Virus record (IMG/VR): IMGVR_UViG_3300025168_000036
DNA from: a virus
DNA length: 64,000 bases
Reading direction: 5' to 3' (one strand)
How positions within the stretch are numbered: position 1 is the first letter of the stretch; every line of letters starts with the position of its first letter. The position numbers and the translations under genes are program-made. Shown piece by piece: positions 28,935 to 39,758 of this stretch. The notes beneath the pieces are model-generated. The model was not told the DNA's origin and did no database searches. It saw only the letters and a list, made by a program, of their open reading frames with translations.

Positions 28935-29836
28935 TTTCTTGCCCTTTCATAGTTCTCTGTAAACCATTCTACAGTCTCTTTTATTCCTACCTCAATCGGT
29001 GTAAACTCAAGGTCTGGAATTATTGATAATAGTCTCTTATTTGATGCTGGCTTTCTGTATTGGCCATCTGGTTTATCATCAAGCCACTTTACATTCCCCT
29101 TAAACTCCATTGCATTAACTATTAAACTTACTATATCCTTTATAGAATACTCAAGGCCACTAGTTAATATTATAGGATCTGTTCCATTGTGATTTTCTAT
29201 CAAATAATTACATATCTTTCCTATGTCTTTTGAGTATAAAAACTCTCTTAGTGGCTCACCAGAACCCCAAACCTCAAAGTCTGTATTTGTGTGTTTTGCT
29301 ATATAACACTTATGTATTAGTGAAGGAATTACATGGCCATTTTTTATATTAAAGTTATCATTTATTCCATAGACACCACATGGTATAACAGATAAGTATT
29401 TTAGTCCATATTGCTCTTTATATGCCCTAATTTGTACATCTGCCATTCTCTTTGCATATGCATAGCCAAAATTTGAACTATGTGGCTCTCCTTCATGGAT
29501 CATTTCCTCTGTTAGTGGGTAAGTGGCATTATCTGGGAATACACACGTAGATAAAAAGCATATAAGCTTTTCTACATTATATTTTCTACAGGCCTCTATA
29601 ACATTAGTGTTCATCATTATATTATCATAGTAAAACTCGCCTTTTGCATCCATATTACCACCTAAGCCTCCTACTCTTGCTGCACAGTGGATTACGTGTG
29701 TTGGCTTCTTTTCATTAAATATATTATTGCATTGGTCAGCACACCTTAGATCAGCATCTGCAGAATTTAGCCTAAAGTTAGCGTCTTTTATTGCAGAACC
29801 AACTAATCCTGTGCCTCCTGTAACTAGTAATTTCAT
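28931..29836 (-). CDS. fcl: GDP-L-fucose synthase
   Basis: TGGTGLVGSA, AARVGG, YAYAK, VWGSGEPLREF, KPDG. Confidence 0.93.
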   Translation of the reverse strand: MKLLVTGGTGLVGSAIKDANFRLNSADADLRCADQCNNIFNEKKPTHVIHCAARVGGLGGNMDAKGEFYYDNIMMNTNVIEACRKYNVEKLICFLSTCVFPDNATYPLTEEMIHEGEPHSSNFGYAYAKRMADVQIRAYKEQYGLKYLSVIPCGVYGINDNFNIKNGHVIPSLIHKCYIAKHTNTDFEVWGSGEPLREFLYSKDIGKICNYLIENHNGTDPIILTSGLEYSIKDIVSLIVNAMEFKGNVKWLDDKPDGQYRKPASNKRLLSIIPDLEFTPIEVGIKETVEWFTENYERARK

Positions 29837-30450
29837 AATCTCTCCCAGCTTTCCCAGCAAAATTCATAGTTCCAAGATAGCTTATGAGTCTTCTTCAGAC
29901 TATCATGTATATCTTTTCTTATATTAGTTGCACCTTCTATGCCATCATTTTCAGAATGAAATTGTACAAGTAAATTATCTATAAATTTTATCTTCTTAGT
30001 ATTTATTAAGTCTATTACTACTTCATATTCTGAACCTTCAATGTTCATCTTTATTAGGTCAATATTTGAGTCTATTAGATCAGAAAGTCTCTTTAATTTT
30101 ACAGCTTCATAGTCTGCATCTTTGTCTTGAACTAGGTATTCCGATGAACCATCCTTCTGTAAGTATATATTTGCAGCTCTATTTTGGTTTGATACTCCAA
30201 ATTTATTAATTTGCACTTTTTTATTATTACCTAATAGCTGCTTAATATATCCTTGGTATTCTTTTAGTGGCTCGAATATGTGTATATTACACTCATACTT
30301 ACTATATATGTTGCTAGACCAATTGCCCATATAGCCTCCACAGTCGAACACTACAGAATCACTATTAAGATTATAGTTAAGTAGCCTTGTTGTGTCACCC
30401 ATATCTCTGAACCATCTGTCATGTTCTTGTTTAATAAATTGATCTTCCAT
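29833..30450 (-). CDS. FkbM-family methyltransferase
   Basis: FDCGGYMG, FEP, KMNIEGSEY motifs. Confidence 0.85.
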   Translation of the reverse strand: MEDQFIKQEHDRWFRDMGDTTRLLNYNLNSDSVVFDCGGYMGNWSSNIYSKYECNIHIFEPLKEYQGYIKQLLGNNKKVQINKFGVSNQNRAANIYLQKDGSSEYLVQDKDADYEAVKLKRLSDLIDSNIDLIKMNIEGSEYEVVIDLINTKKIKFIDNLLVQFHSENDGIEGATNIRKDIHDSLKKTHKLSWNYEFCWESWERL

Positions 30451-30451
30451 A

Positions 30452-31105
30452 TTATTTGTCCATTATACTATAGTATCCACCTACAATAAATTTATTTTTC
30501 ATTGTTGCACTTTCTAATTCATATCCTGCATCATAGTTACAAGGAGGTACAATCCTAAAGTCAAAGCTACACCTTGTCTGATTTGTGTCGTTAAATTTAT
30601 TAAAGTGTCTTTGTCTATTTCCATAGAACATCATAACTTCTCCAAACTCCATCTCATGAGAGTTATAGTCACCTAAACCTGGCATTGACTCAACATACAT
30701 ACCATTGTTTCCGTACATTCTTGTTAAAGGCATTAATATATTTATCTCTCCAGCTGGGTGCTTATGATCTTTATCTCCATCACAATGAGGCACATATATA
30801 GCCTTACCTCCTGGCTGATTAACTCTAAATGAAGGAGTTTTTTGGTAGATTATTTCTGACTCGTCTTTAAACATTGGTGCCAGCTCATCTTTTATAAATG
30901 CTTCGTATAAAGAGATAAACTCAGGCCAGCCTTGTCTTAGCCTGTCATAGAATCTTGTATGCCATTGTGAGTCTGTATCTGCACCTAGATCTCCACCTGT
31001 ATGGTCTAGATTATCATCTAATGTGCTTAATGGTACATCATATAGATTAGCAACCATCTTATCAAATGGGTATTTTTGTTTGTCAAACTTTATAATTTTT
31101 GTCAT
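30452..31105 (-). CDS. 2OG-Fe(II) dioxygenase-like protein
   Basis: HCD...H...TRCSFDFR double-stranded beta-helix pattern. Confidence 0.65.
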   Translation of the reverse strand: MTKIIKFDKQKYPFDKMVANLYDVPLSTLDDNLDHTGGDLGADTDSQWHTRFYDRLRQGWPEFISLYEAFIKDELAPMFKDESEIIYQKTPSFRVNQPGGKAIYVPHCDGDKDHKHPAGEINILMPLTRMYGNNGMYVESMPGLGDYNSHEMEFGEVMMFYGNRQRHFNKFNDTNQTRCSFDFRIVPPCNYDAGYELESATMKNKFIVGGYYSIMDK

Positions 31106-31677
31106 TTATCTCTCCTTGATAACATATAGCCTTCTATTCTTTCGACAGGTAGATTCTTAATTAATCTATTATCTAGGTCAGAAAACTGTGTATTTTTATA
31201 ATTCATTTTATGCATTAAGCCTTCAAAGTCAAATTTAGCTCTATTAAGATTATTATTTCCTAATAAATAGCCTCCTTCAATAATATTATTTGCAAGCCAT
31301 CTATGAGTATGTATCTTTAGCTCAGGTGTGTGAGGTAAGCTACCCATATCATTGTGTGCAAAAGCAATAGGAATATTATCTATATCAGATAACTCCATAC
31401 AGTCTTTAATTTTAACTCTTGGGTGTTCTGAGGGATTATATAAGTCAAATCCTATACACCTATCCTCACCAAAATGCTTACATAATATATCAAAAGAAAC
31501 TGCCCTTGCTGTTCCCATTACAACTATATAGCCTTCATCTGGGACGTCCAGATTAACTACTATATCATTATAAAATGTATTAACATAATAGCTACTACCG
31601 AATTGATCGTGATCATCAAACTCTGGATTTTCAAACCAAAAGTCAAACTCTTCTGCTTTATTTAATTTTCTATTCAT
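31102..31677 (-). CDS. hypothetical, possibly a degenerate SAM-methyltransferase fold
   Basis: VVMGTARA, GFDL, GGYLL pattern. Confidence 0.45.
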   Translation of the reverse strand: MNRKLNKAEEFDFWFENPEFDDHDQFGSSYYVNTFYNDIVVNLDVPDEGYIVVMGTARAVSFDILCKHFGEDRCIGFDLYNPSEHPRVKIKDCMELSDIDNIPIAFAHNDMGSLPHTPELKIHTHRWLANNIIEGGYLLGNNNLNRAKFDFEGLMHKMNYKNTQFSDLDNRLIKNLPVERIEGYMLSRRDK

Positions 31678-32578
31678 ATCTAAACTCTCCTATTGTGTCA
31701 TATTCTTTATTACTAATGCACTTATAAATTAATTCAAGAAGTACATCATCTGAGCTAATATATTTTTTAGCCATATTAAAATTATTCTGTGCAAATGGTA
31801 GCATATCATAATACTTCTGTTTTGTTATACTATTTAATATTGTGTCTAACTCATCAAGTGTATTCCATTCTATTATACCTCTCTTGTCAAAGAATTCAGA
31901 TATATTCTTGGCACCTCTATATATCGGAATGTTACCTGTTATAAAACAATCAATGATCTTTTCTGTATAGTAAAAGTTGTCTACTGAGTTTTCAATAGCT
32001 ACTGAAAACATATAGTCATTTAGTGTTGATGATTTTAATTTAACTTCACCTGCAGGTCCTCCAAAAAGATCTATTTTATCAGAAAACATATCAGCAACAT
32101 TATGCCTCATAGGCCTATCTATCCCTCCCTTGTTAGAGTACAACATTGATACAAGCTTTGTCTTGCCATTTACATTTAATCCATGAGATTTTTGCTCTAT
32201 ACAGACCCAATCTGCTGGAATAAATTTATATTTATTTGGATCCTTATCTATTAATTGCTTATTAAATGTAAATATAAAGTCTAGTAGATCTTCAACTTCC
32301 TGAATGTCATTATATGGTTTGTATTTGTGTGCAATTGGCTCCATTACTAGGCCTACCTTGACTGTTGAGTTTACAGATGAAATTAATTCTCTATCTAGAT
32401 AGCTATCTGTAAATACTGTTATGCCTTCAAATGACTTTAGTCCTCTAACCCATTCAACATTTTCTGGTCCAGTAATAAGTGGTGAGCTATCTATTCTTAT
32501 ACCACACTCAAGGCCAGCTTCTTTCCAGCTATTTGAGTGAGCATTATTTGTATCCCATATGTTTACTTTTACAGCCAT
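31670..32578 (-). CDS. glycosyltransferase family 10 (alpha-1,3-fucosyltransferase-like)
   Basis: YMFSVAIENS....YYTEKI.D....G.IPIY.G signature. Confidence 0.88.
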   Translation of the reverse strand: MAVKVNIWDTNNAHSNSWKEAGLECGIRIDSSPLITGPENVEWVRGLKSFEGITVFTDSYLDRELISSVNSTVKVGLVMEPIAHKYKPYNDIQEVEDLLDFIFTFNKQLIDKDPNKYKFIPADWVCIEQKSHGLNVNGKTKLVSMLYSNKGGIDRPMRHNVADMFSDKIDLFGGPAGEVKLKSSTLNDYMFSVAIENSVDNFYYTEKIIDCFITGNIPIYRGAKNISEFFDKRGIIEWNTLDELDTILNSITKQKYYDMLPFAQNNFNMAKKYISSDDVLLELIYKCISNKEYDTIGEFRYE

Positions 32579-33189
32579 AACCCCTCAAACTCCTTTAATA
32601 TAGTACTACCATAATTATCTCTAAATCTCTCTCTCTCAGTCTTATAATCTCCACCAAAGTGGTTTTCATTTATCACACTATCATCACCTATAGACTGCTT
32701 TAGGTTCTTTAAAGTTGACTCATTACATATTTTTGCAAGAGTGTCCTCTCTAACATCTTGGAATCCTATAAACTCAAGAATCTTTGTAAATGAAGAGACT
32801 GGGTCGGCTTTTATATCTTCGTACTTTATAAACATGATGTGTTTAATATCACTATTGTTATTTAGCCATCTATTAAGATGGATTTTATACTCTTCTATTA
32901 TCTCACCTCTTCTATCATCTCCCCAGCTTTCATACTTTAGCAGAGAATATACAACATCAACTGGATTTCTATATAAATAGATTACTCTGTCAAATCCCTC
33001 AGTGATGCCTTCATCTCCATTTCCTACTTCTCTATCGTGTAAGTGAAAGCCCCAATGAAGTTTAGAGTTGTAAAATGATGTTGGTAAGCAATATTCTCCA
33101 AGATATTTTTCCATTACCATTCTTACCCAGTGACTTCCTGTTCTTGGGTAAGAAACTAATTGTGTTATGTTTTTGTCAAAGTTTTTCAT
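32569..33189 (-). CDS. PAPS-dependent sulfotransferase
   Basis: SYPRTGSHW 5'-PSB loop, RNPVDVVYS 3'-PB motif, KYEDI. Confidence 0.88.
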   Translation of the reverse strand: MKNFDKNITQLVSYPRTGSHWVRMVMEKYLGEYCLPTSFYNSKLHWGFHLHDREVGNGDEGITEGFDRVIYLYRNPVDVVYSLLKYESWGDDRRGEIIEEYKIHLNRWLNNNSDIKHIMFIKYEDIKADPVSSFTKILEFIGFQDVREDTLAKICNESTLKNLKQSIGDDSVINENHFGGDYKTERERFRDNYGSTILKEFEGLWL

Positions 33190-33235
33190 ATGTATAATAT
33201 AACAATTTTTTGTGAATTACTTAACTTTTTTAATT

Positions 33236-33994
33236 TCATATTTTTATCCATTCTTTTGGTATTAAGTCATTTGTATTTAGTTTCTTATCTGTTCCAAACC
33301 AAGTCATAGGTGCAACAACTCTTTTGTCACTATTTCTATTTAGCCAAGCAGCCCACCAACTAAATGTACTATTTGCTATAACGTTGTCGCTACACATAGA
33401 CATTGTATACATATCAATATAGTCCTTCTCGCCTTCAATAAAGTTAAATTCACTACTAAAGTTATCCTTACACCAGTTGATATCATCACTAAAGATTATG
33501 TAATTACTGTATAACTTCTTATCTGCTAGTAAGCCTATAGCCTTTGAGTAGTATTCCATATTACATACTGGATGCATTGTTGGGTATTTTATATAATCAC
33601 CCCTTCTTATATGTATCCCAAGACTATTGAATAATATGTTTCCGTATTTATTATCTATATAATCTTCTATCTCTTTTGTTGGTGAGAGCATATCATATAT
33701 AAAGCCACCATAGTCATAAAAGTATTGCTCTGACTGAAAGTATCCATCTAGTGAGACGTTTGGCGGTATTTCATTATATTCAAATGACTGCTCTTTGTAG
33801 ATATTGTTTTGTATACTTTCTGATATCTTTATATTTCTAAGTATATTATCTTTATACTCATTATATCCTGGAGGTATTGTGCTTGTCATTTCTACACCAT
33901 CCCTTAAAGATGCTGCCTTTGCAGCTGCTAACTGAAATAGTGTATTTCCGAGGCCATTATTATTGATACTATCTTTTATAATTACACTTGCCAT
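33236..33994 (-). CDS. glycosyltransferase family 11 (alpha-1,2-fucosyltransferase-like)
   Basis: GLGN.LFQ, GYFQSE, HIRRGDY, FSDD, NSTFSWWAAWL. Confidence 0.93.
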   Translation of the reverse strand: MASVIIKDSINNNGLGNTLFQLAAAKAASLRDGVEMTSTIPPGYNEYKDNILRNIKISESIQNNIYKEQSFEYNEIPPNVSLDGYFQSEQYFYDYGGFIYDMLSPTKEIEDYIDNKYGNILFNSLGIHIRRGDYIKYPTMHPVCNMEYYSKAIGLLADKKLYSNYIIFSDDINWCKDNFSSEFNFIEGEKDYIDMYTMSMCSDNVIANSTFSWWAAWLNRNSDKRVVAPMTWFGTDKKLNTNDLIPKEWIKI

Positions 33995-35304
33995 TATAAC
34001 CTCATCATTCCGTAGTCTACATTTCTTTGTTGTATATCACTCCATCCATCCTCTTGATACATTAGCCAAGGGTGGAAAGCATATGCATTTAGCTGGCCAG
34101 CAGCTTGCATCTCTGCATATTGTACATCAATTTGTCTGTTAATGAATCTTGTTGCTTCAAGTAGCTTGTCGTAGGCGGTATCTTTTATAATATAAGCTGA
34201 TGTTGTATATGCAAAATTACATTTTACTATTTTGTCATTTACTCTTGTATATGGCTTTTTGTGATTGCAACCTAAATAGATCATCTCCCAATCTTCTGGT
34301 ATATTACTATAGCCTTCAAAAAACTTTTCAAGCATATTGTCAATAAATACTACATCATCTTCCAATATAAGAATTGACTTTAGGCCCCTTGCCTTTGCCT
34401 CTGATATTATATTAAAATGTGATAGATAGCATCCTACCTCTCCTGAGTTTAAGTTTTGGTGTCTAGCTTGTGTATTGCCATCTACTGCCTCAAACCTTCT
34501 AAAGTTTATAGAAAGATCTTTTAACCTAGACTTTGACCTTATCATTCTATCTGGTCTTGACTTCATATTTACAACATAGGTCTCTTCAAACATGTTATTA
34601 AACTTTTTTGAAAGTTTTGTCTCATTTCTTATGAATGTATCTTTACAAAAGTCAAGCAGCTCATCCTTCTTGGATCTTAACTCAGTCTGTCTACCTTGAT
34701 CATGCTGATCAGACTCAAGAATGAAATTATTATTTGATCTCTTAAGGTTGCCTTTATATTTGTGCTTAAAGTAATAGCTTAACCATAAATCTTCAATAAA
34801 TTTGTACTTATCTGGCAAATTATCAAAAAGTTCGTTTTCGGTAAACACACGAATTGGTAATATCATACCACCAGTACCACAGTAATCGACATCCTCTCCA
34901 GGAGTATCAACTCCTTCCTTATCCCAGTAGGACTCTTTTATTCTATGTGCATAAAATGAAAATATTGTATCTGGTCTATATTCTGATAAGAATGTCTCTA
35001 CCATATCTTCACCAAATTGTACATCATCATCTATAAAAATACATGGGCCTTCGTATTGATCTGTTAGATTCTTTGCAAAATAGAATCTTCCTATTCCTCC
35101 TACATTATCTTTGCTATGGTGAACTTCAATATTATATGATAGCTTATACATTGACACTATTTCATCTAGTTTTTTACTATCATCAGCATTATTATTCCAA
35201 ATATACAAATCGAATTCATGAGTTGTTTGGCCTTCAAGCATTGCAAGAGTTCTAGGTATATTATCTGTCCTCTTCCAATTACACATTATAATTGGTGTCT
35301 TCAT
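33994..35304 (-). CDS. GT-A/GT2 + GT25 glycosyltransferase fusion
   Basis: N-terminal FIDDD; C-terminal FEAVDG, GEVGCYLSH, ILEDD. Confidence 0.85.
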   Translation of the reverse strand: MKTPIIMCNWKRTDNIPRTLAMLEGQTTHEFDLYIWNNNADDSKKLDEIVSMYKLSYNIEVHHSKDNVGGIGRFYFAKNLTDQYEGPCIFIDDDVQFGEDMVETFLSEYRPDTIFSFYAHRIKESYWDKEGVDTPGEDVDYCGTGGMILPIRVFTENELFDNLPDKYKFIEDLWLSYYFKHKYKGNLKRSNNNFILESDQHDQGRQTELRSKKDELLDFCKDTFIRNETKLSKKFNNMFEETYVVNMKSRPDRMIRSKSRLKDLSINFRRFEAVDGNTQARHQNLNSGEVGCYLSHFNIISEAKARGLKSILILEDDVVFIDNMLEKFFEGYSNIPEDWEMIYLGCNHKKPYTRVNDKIVKCNFAYTTSAYIIKDTAYDKLLEATRFINRQIDVQYAEMQAAGQLNAYAFHPWLMYQEDGWSDIQQRNVDYGMMRL

Positions 35305-35951
35305 TTCCTTAATCCCATTTCTCTTTCTTTATTATCATGCCAGTCATTATCACTAACTTGTTTTTCCAGTGTTTTTCTATGATATATTGCATAAAGCTCT
35401 TCCTCTGGTAGTGCTGCGAATGTGTCTTGCCCTATTAGTCTTCCGTGAGGTATTGGATTAAAATGAATACCTTTATTATTTCTGAATAGCCTGTCCTGAA
35501 CATCTGGCCAGTTAACTCTACCTTTTTCATCTAAGACCCAACCTCTTGAAGCTCTATATTCCTCTGTAAGCCCTTCTACAATATTAGTTCTTGGTAGAAA
35601 GAATACATCAACATCATTTGTACTTATTAGATTATGAACTATCATATAGAATCTTTCATCAAGCAATTCATCTGCATCTAAATAGAATAAATAGTCTGTA
35701 TCTGCTTGTGTTGCCAGCCAATTTTTTTGGTCATGAATTGCCTTATCTACAGGCTTTTCAAATGATATAATATCATCCTTATAGCTTTCAATTATATATT
35801 TTGTCTTATTATTTGATCCGTTTGAGTCTCGAACAATATAAACTTTGTCACTAGTGCCTTTTAATTCAGTAATTTGTTTTAATAATTGATTAAGTGATTC
35901 ATCTTCATTCTTACAGAGAATCATGTATCCTATAGTGAGTTCTTTCGCCAT
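35301..35951 (-). CDS. glycosyltransferase family 2
   Basis: CKNED, YLDADE, NWPD.Q.RLFRN. Confidence 0.82.
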   Translation of the reverse strand: MAKELTIGYMILCKNEDESLNQLLKQITELKGTSDKVYIVRDSNGSNNKTKYIIESYKDDIISFEKPVDKAIHDQKNWLATQADTDYLFYLDADELLDERFYMIVHNLISTNDVDVFFLPRTNIVEGLTEEYRASRGWVLDEKGRVNWPDVQDRLFRNNKGIHFNPIPHGRLIGQDTFAALPEEELYAIYHRKTLEKQVSDNDWHDNKEREMGLRK

Positions 35952-36412
35952 AATTTTTCTACCTTACTGTTAAATTTATAATCTAATAATTGTATTCCTC
36001 TTAGCTTAGCAGTGAAAAAAGTTCTATAGCTATCACCTAAACCAAAAGTATCTGTCTTATATGTTGCCTTTAATACTGTTTTATAGAAGTTTCTTGGGTC
36101 TGCCTGCATTTGAAGAACTGGTATATCTAATGCCAATATTTCAGGTGTTGTATCTAGTGTTCTTAAACCTACAGATTCAACCCATCTATTAAATGCACTA
36201 TATGATACTTTATCCAATGACATACAATGAGTCTTCTTTAGGTGTTCTGCATTTAGTACAACTAATACTTGCCTCTTACTTGCACCTTCTAGCCCTTTGT
36301 ATCTACACTCAATTAACATACCTCTTTCTAGTTTAGCTATATTTGTTGGGTACTTACCTTGCACTCTAATCAAGTGCTCATTTAATCTACCTTCTACCTT
36401 TTGCTTAGCCAT
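35930..36412 (-). CDS. hypothetical protein
   Basis: ORF in operon context. Confidence 0.6.
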   Translation of the reverse strand: MAKQKVEGRLNEHLIRVQGKYPTNIAKLERGMLIECRYKGLEGASKRQVLVVLNAEHLKKTHCMSLDKVSYSAFNRWVESVGLRTLDTTPEILALDIPVLQMQADPRNFYKTVLKATYKTDTFGLGDSYRTFFTAKLRGIQLLDYKFNSKVEKLWRKNSL

Positions 36413-36866
36413 CGAATTTTATCTCGCCCATTTCATTACATGCCTCTAAGAATCTCTTAAAGTGCTTAGTGTCTTTTGTTTCTAATTTAGACTCATACTT
36501 TAGTGTGCCCTGCGAAGCACTAGAAGCCTCATCTTCTGTTAGCTGAACAATTGGTGTGTATGACCAGCCCCATTTATCCTTGCGCCCCTCAGGATATATC
36601 ATTCCTCTCTCAGTCTGTATAGTTGTTGGGTACCAATATGATTCTCCATCATCAAATCTTAGGTCTTTCATTAATTTTGGCATATTCGATTCATACTTTT
36701 CTATATCAAAGTCTGGGTTCTTTTTATAATTTAACGGATTTTCATTAGTATAGAATCCACTTCCAACACACATCTTTGACACTCCATGTCTATCATCAAG
36801 CTCTTGTATTACATGCTTTTCATTTGTTATTGGGCTTACTACCCATTCAGCTTTGCTATTATCCAT
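36405..36866 (-). CDS. hypothetical protein
   Basis: ORF in operon context. Confidence 0.6.
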   Translation of the reverse strand: MDNSKAEWVVSPITNEKHVIQELDDRHGVSKMCVGSGFYTNENPLNYKKNPDFDIEKYESNMPKLMKDLRFDDGESYWYPTTIQTERGMIYPEGRKDKWGWSYTPIVQLTEDEASSASQGTLKYESKLETKDTKHFKRFLEACNEMGEIKFDG

Positions 36867-38119
36867 TATACTTTCTCCAGTTTTGGTATGTTTAACTTAA
36901 TCTTTTTTGCAAACTTTGGAAGATTTGATTCAAGTATTTTATCAAAACTTTTTGTCATTTCATCCAAATTAAAGTCTTCTCTTATTAATCTTGCCTGCTT
37001 TCTTGCATCTGGTATATATGTCTTATAATTCTTAAATACATCTTTTAATATACTTGATGCATAGCCATAATCAACATAAAACCATTTCGAGCCTTTTAAT
37101 ATCATATTATTTGCTGCAGATTTGTCCACTTCCATTAGCTTACCTGGTAGCTTAATTGCATGTGTAGTGAAGTCTACTTGTCCTGACCAATTTGATACAA
37201 TTAGTGGCTTTTGTGTTATACAGAATTCTGCTAGTGGCCTTCCATATCCTTCACCATGAGAAAATGACACCATAGCCTTAATCTTTGGATGATTATATAA
37301 ACCATTCATCTCGTCTTCAGTTAATTTACCTTCAAGAACATATATGTTTGGAGGATTATCATATCCTTCAGTAATTTGTTGTATCTTTTTATCTATTTCG
37401 TTATATTCAAGTATGCTAAATGTTGCACCAGATGTCTTTATTACTAGTGCTGGCCTCTTTGATTTGCCTGTATTCTTAAATGTTTCTAAGAATGTCTTTA
37501 TTGTTCCACCAATATCTTTTCTGTCATGGCCAAACCCTCCTGCAATCCAATGTCCTGTAAATAAGAAGCAAAAGTCTTCATCTATATTGTCTAGGCTATC
37601 TACTATTGTAGCTGGTATCTCAGCCTTGTCAACCTTTCTAAATACATCTGTATCTATTCCTTCAAATAGTACGTCTATTGGAACTTCACACTTAAGCGAG
37701 CCTATAATTTCACCTGTTTGGTCATTTTTTTTATCATATACTGTATCCACAAGAATTTGCCTTGCGTGGTGTGATGGTACGATTACTCTGTCCATTCTAT
37801 TACAGCCATCTATCCACTCGTGAGGTGCCTGTGTTGTTTCTATTCCAGCAGTAATTCCTATATTATATTTTGCAACTTTCTTGAATTCATTAGGTACTGA
37901 TAGCTGCATGAATACATCAATTTGTTGCTTTTGATCTTTAAGTACATACTTTTCAAATTCTGGAAACTTATCATTTGGGCAGTCTCCCCAGTTTGTTGGA
38001 ACACATTTAATATCAAACCTATCCATAGCTATTAAGCTTTTTAATAGATCTCTTGCATGATCTCCATATCCAGATCTTGAAAATATTGGGGCCTGAAAGC
38101 CTATTGTTGTTTTACTCAT
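36866..38119 (-). CDS. GT-B glycosyltransferase (GT4-like)
   Basis: SGYG, GEGYGRPLAE, SNWSG motifs. Confidence 0.85.
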   Translation of the reverse strand: MSKTTIGFQAPIFSRSGYGDHARDLLKSLIAMDRFDIKCVPTNWGDCPNDKFPEFEKYVLKDQKQQIDVFMQLSVPNEFKKVAKYNIGITAGIETTQAPHEWIDGCNRMDRVIVPSHHARQILVDTVYDKKNDQTGEIIGSLKCEVPIDVLFEGIDTDVFRKVDKAEIPATIVDSLDNIDEDFCFLFTGHWIAGGFGHDRKDIGGTIKTFLETFKNTGKSKRPALVIKTSGATFSILEYNEIDKKIQQITEGYDNPPNIYVLEGKLTEDEMNGLYNHPKIKAMVSFSHGEGYGRPLAEFCITQKPLIVSNWSGQVDFTTHAIKLPGKLMEVDKSAANNMILKGSKWFYVDYGYASSILKDVFKNYKTYIPDARKQARLIREDFNLDEMTKSFDKILESNLPKFAKKIKLNIPKLEKV

Positions 38120-39537
38120 CTTATAACTCCCGTAGGGTATTTTATTAATTTATTATTTGTTTTTCTTTTTAGTGTAAATATTTTTCTAGGCTTAAATGAA
38201 TTAAGACAAATATCAATAGAGTTAGATACGCCATCTGCCATTGCTTGCGCAGTAAAATTATTTGCTAAGGCCCATTCTCTACCTTTTGTTCCAGCTGAAG
38301 ATCTTTCATCTTTGCTTAATGAATATACACTATTTATTGCATTTGTTATATCACTTACACTAACTCTACTATCATAAATATAAGGTGTTACTGGTGAACC
38401 TACCAAGTTTATTTGTGGCCACATTGGAAATGCCCATTCACCATGTTCTTTATATCTACCATTACTATTACTTGGCCAAGATTCTGTATAGTCATTTACT
38501 GTTAGGTCATTACCTTTTTCATTCTTAAAGCCCATCTGGTCCTGCAGGCCACCTATACAGCTTGCAATAATTGGTGTTCCTGACATTATTGATTCCATTA
38601 CACTAAGACCAAATCCTTCAGCTGAGCTTGGTTGACAGGTTACATCTGAAAGATTGTATAGATAATTTAGCTGATTTGATGGTATCTTTCCACTTGAGAA
38701 TATAACATTTGCTTTAGGAGCTAATGCTTTAACTACTGCAGGGAGATCTGTTCCATTTTGATCTATTGGATCTGTATGTAGTATTAGAAATGCATTTTGC
38801 CTTTCAGCCTCAGTCTCTAGTGAATCAACAAATGTTTTATATGCTAGTATTAAATCTTGTGGTCTCTTTCTTTGTATATTTCTGCTATTAAATAGTAAAA
38901 CAAAAGAATCATCACTTAGTTGTGGGAAATATTTATCCTTAAATTCAATTAAGCCCTTATCAGATTTGTCAAGTGGCTTAAATACCTTTTCATCAACTCC
39001 ATGTGGTACATATGTTAAATCTACACCTTCTTTTCTCGGATTCTTTTGGCATACATGCTTATTTATATTATATGTTTGTTTTGATATTGCAATTAGTGAA
39101 TCACAACAGTCATAGAATGGCTCATTCCAATGAGGAAAAGGAAGGTCATCCCATATATTATAGTACATAATAGGAGTAGTTTGTCTTAATTCATGCTCCA
39201 TTTGATATAGCCAACCCCAAAACCTTGGGTCTGTAAAGTGTATTATTGCATCAGGCTTCTCGATTGATAATATCTGCTGTAATATTTGCTTGTTTCCATA
39301 ACCATCTACTGGATATAACTTAAGATAGAAGTTATCAACACCGCTATCCCTTTTTACATCCTCATTTTTACTTAAGTCAACTACATTACCTTTATCTGGT
39401 GATTGTAGTGCACCTGCTATCTGTACCCAGTCATATTTATCTAAAGACTTTAGTACTATTTCTTTACTCATTGTGCCAACACCAGACGGTAGCCTAATAT
39501 CATCACCTAATAAGAGTATCTTCTTCTTTTTTGTCAT
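38116..39537 (-). CDS. GT-B glycosyltransferase (GT4-like)
   Basis: PHGVD, RNIQRK, EGFGLSVMES..SGTP, GGL. Confidence 0.88.
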   Translation of the reverse strand: MTKKKKILLLGDDIRLPSGVGTMSKEIVLKSLDKYDWVQIAGALQSPDKGNVVDLSKNEDVKRDSGVDNFYLKLYPVDGYGNKQILQQILSIEKPDAIIHFTDPRFWGWLYQMEHELRQTTPIMYYNIWDDLPFPHWNEPFYDCCDSLIAISKQTYNINKHVCQKNPRKEGVDLTYVPHGVDEKVFKPLDKSDKGLIEFKDKYFPQLSDDSFVLLFNSRNIQRKRPQDLILAYKTFVDSLETEAERQNAFLILHTDPIDQNGTDLPAVVKALAPKANVIFSSGKIPSNQLNYLYNLSDVTCQPSSAEGFGLSVMESIMSGTPIIASCIGGLQDQMGFKNEKGNDLTVNDYTESWPSNSNGRYKEHGEWAFPMWPQINLVGSPVTPYIYDSRVSVSDITNAINSVYSLSKDERSSAGTKGREWALANNFTAQAMADGVSNSIDICLNSFKPRKIFTLKRKTNNKLIKYPTGVIR

Positions 39538-39551
39538 AACCTTTTCCCTAA

Positions 39552-39722
39552 TTATTTATTAAATTTGCTTCTAAACTCTTTGTCTTTAATATACATTTCC
39601 AAAGTTAAATTAACTAACTTTTGAAAAGTAATACCTTCCTTAATACTAAGAATTTTGAACTCCTTGTGAATGTTTTTATCTACGTTCACAGATGTTAACC
39701 TTTTTTTGTGTCTATCCATCAT
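39552..39722 (-). CDS. ribbon-helix-helix DNA-binding protein (56 aa, not in ORF track)
   Basis: hand translation MMDRHKKRLTSVNVDKNIHKEFKILSIKEGITFQKLVNLTLEMYI...; GGAGG SD. Confidence 0.65.
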   Translation of the reverse strand: MMDRHKKRLTSVNVDKNIHKEFKILSIKEGITFQKLVNLTLEMYIKDKEFRSKFNK

Positions 39723-39758
39723 AACCTCCAATTATATTTGTATATAAATATATATTCA

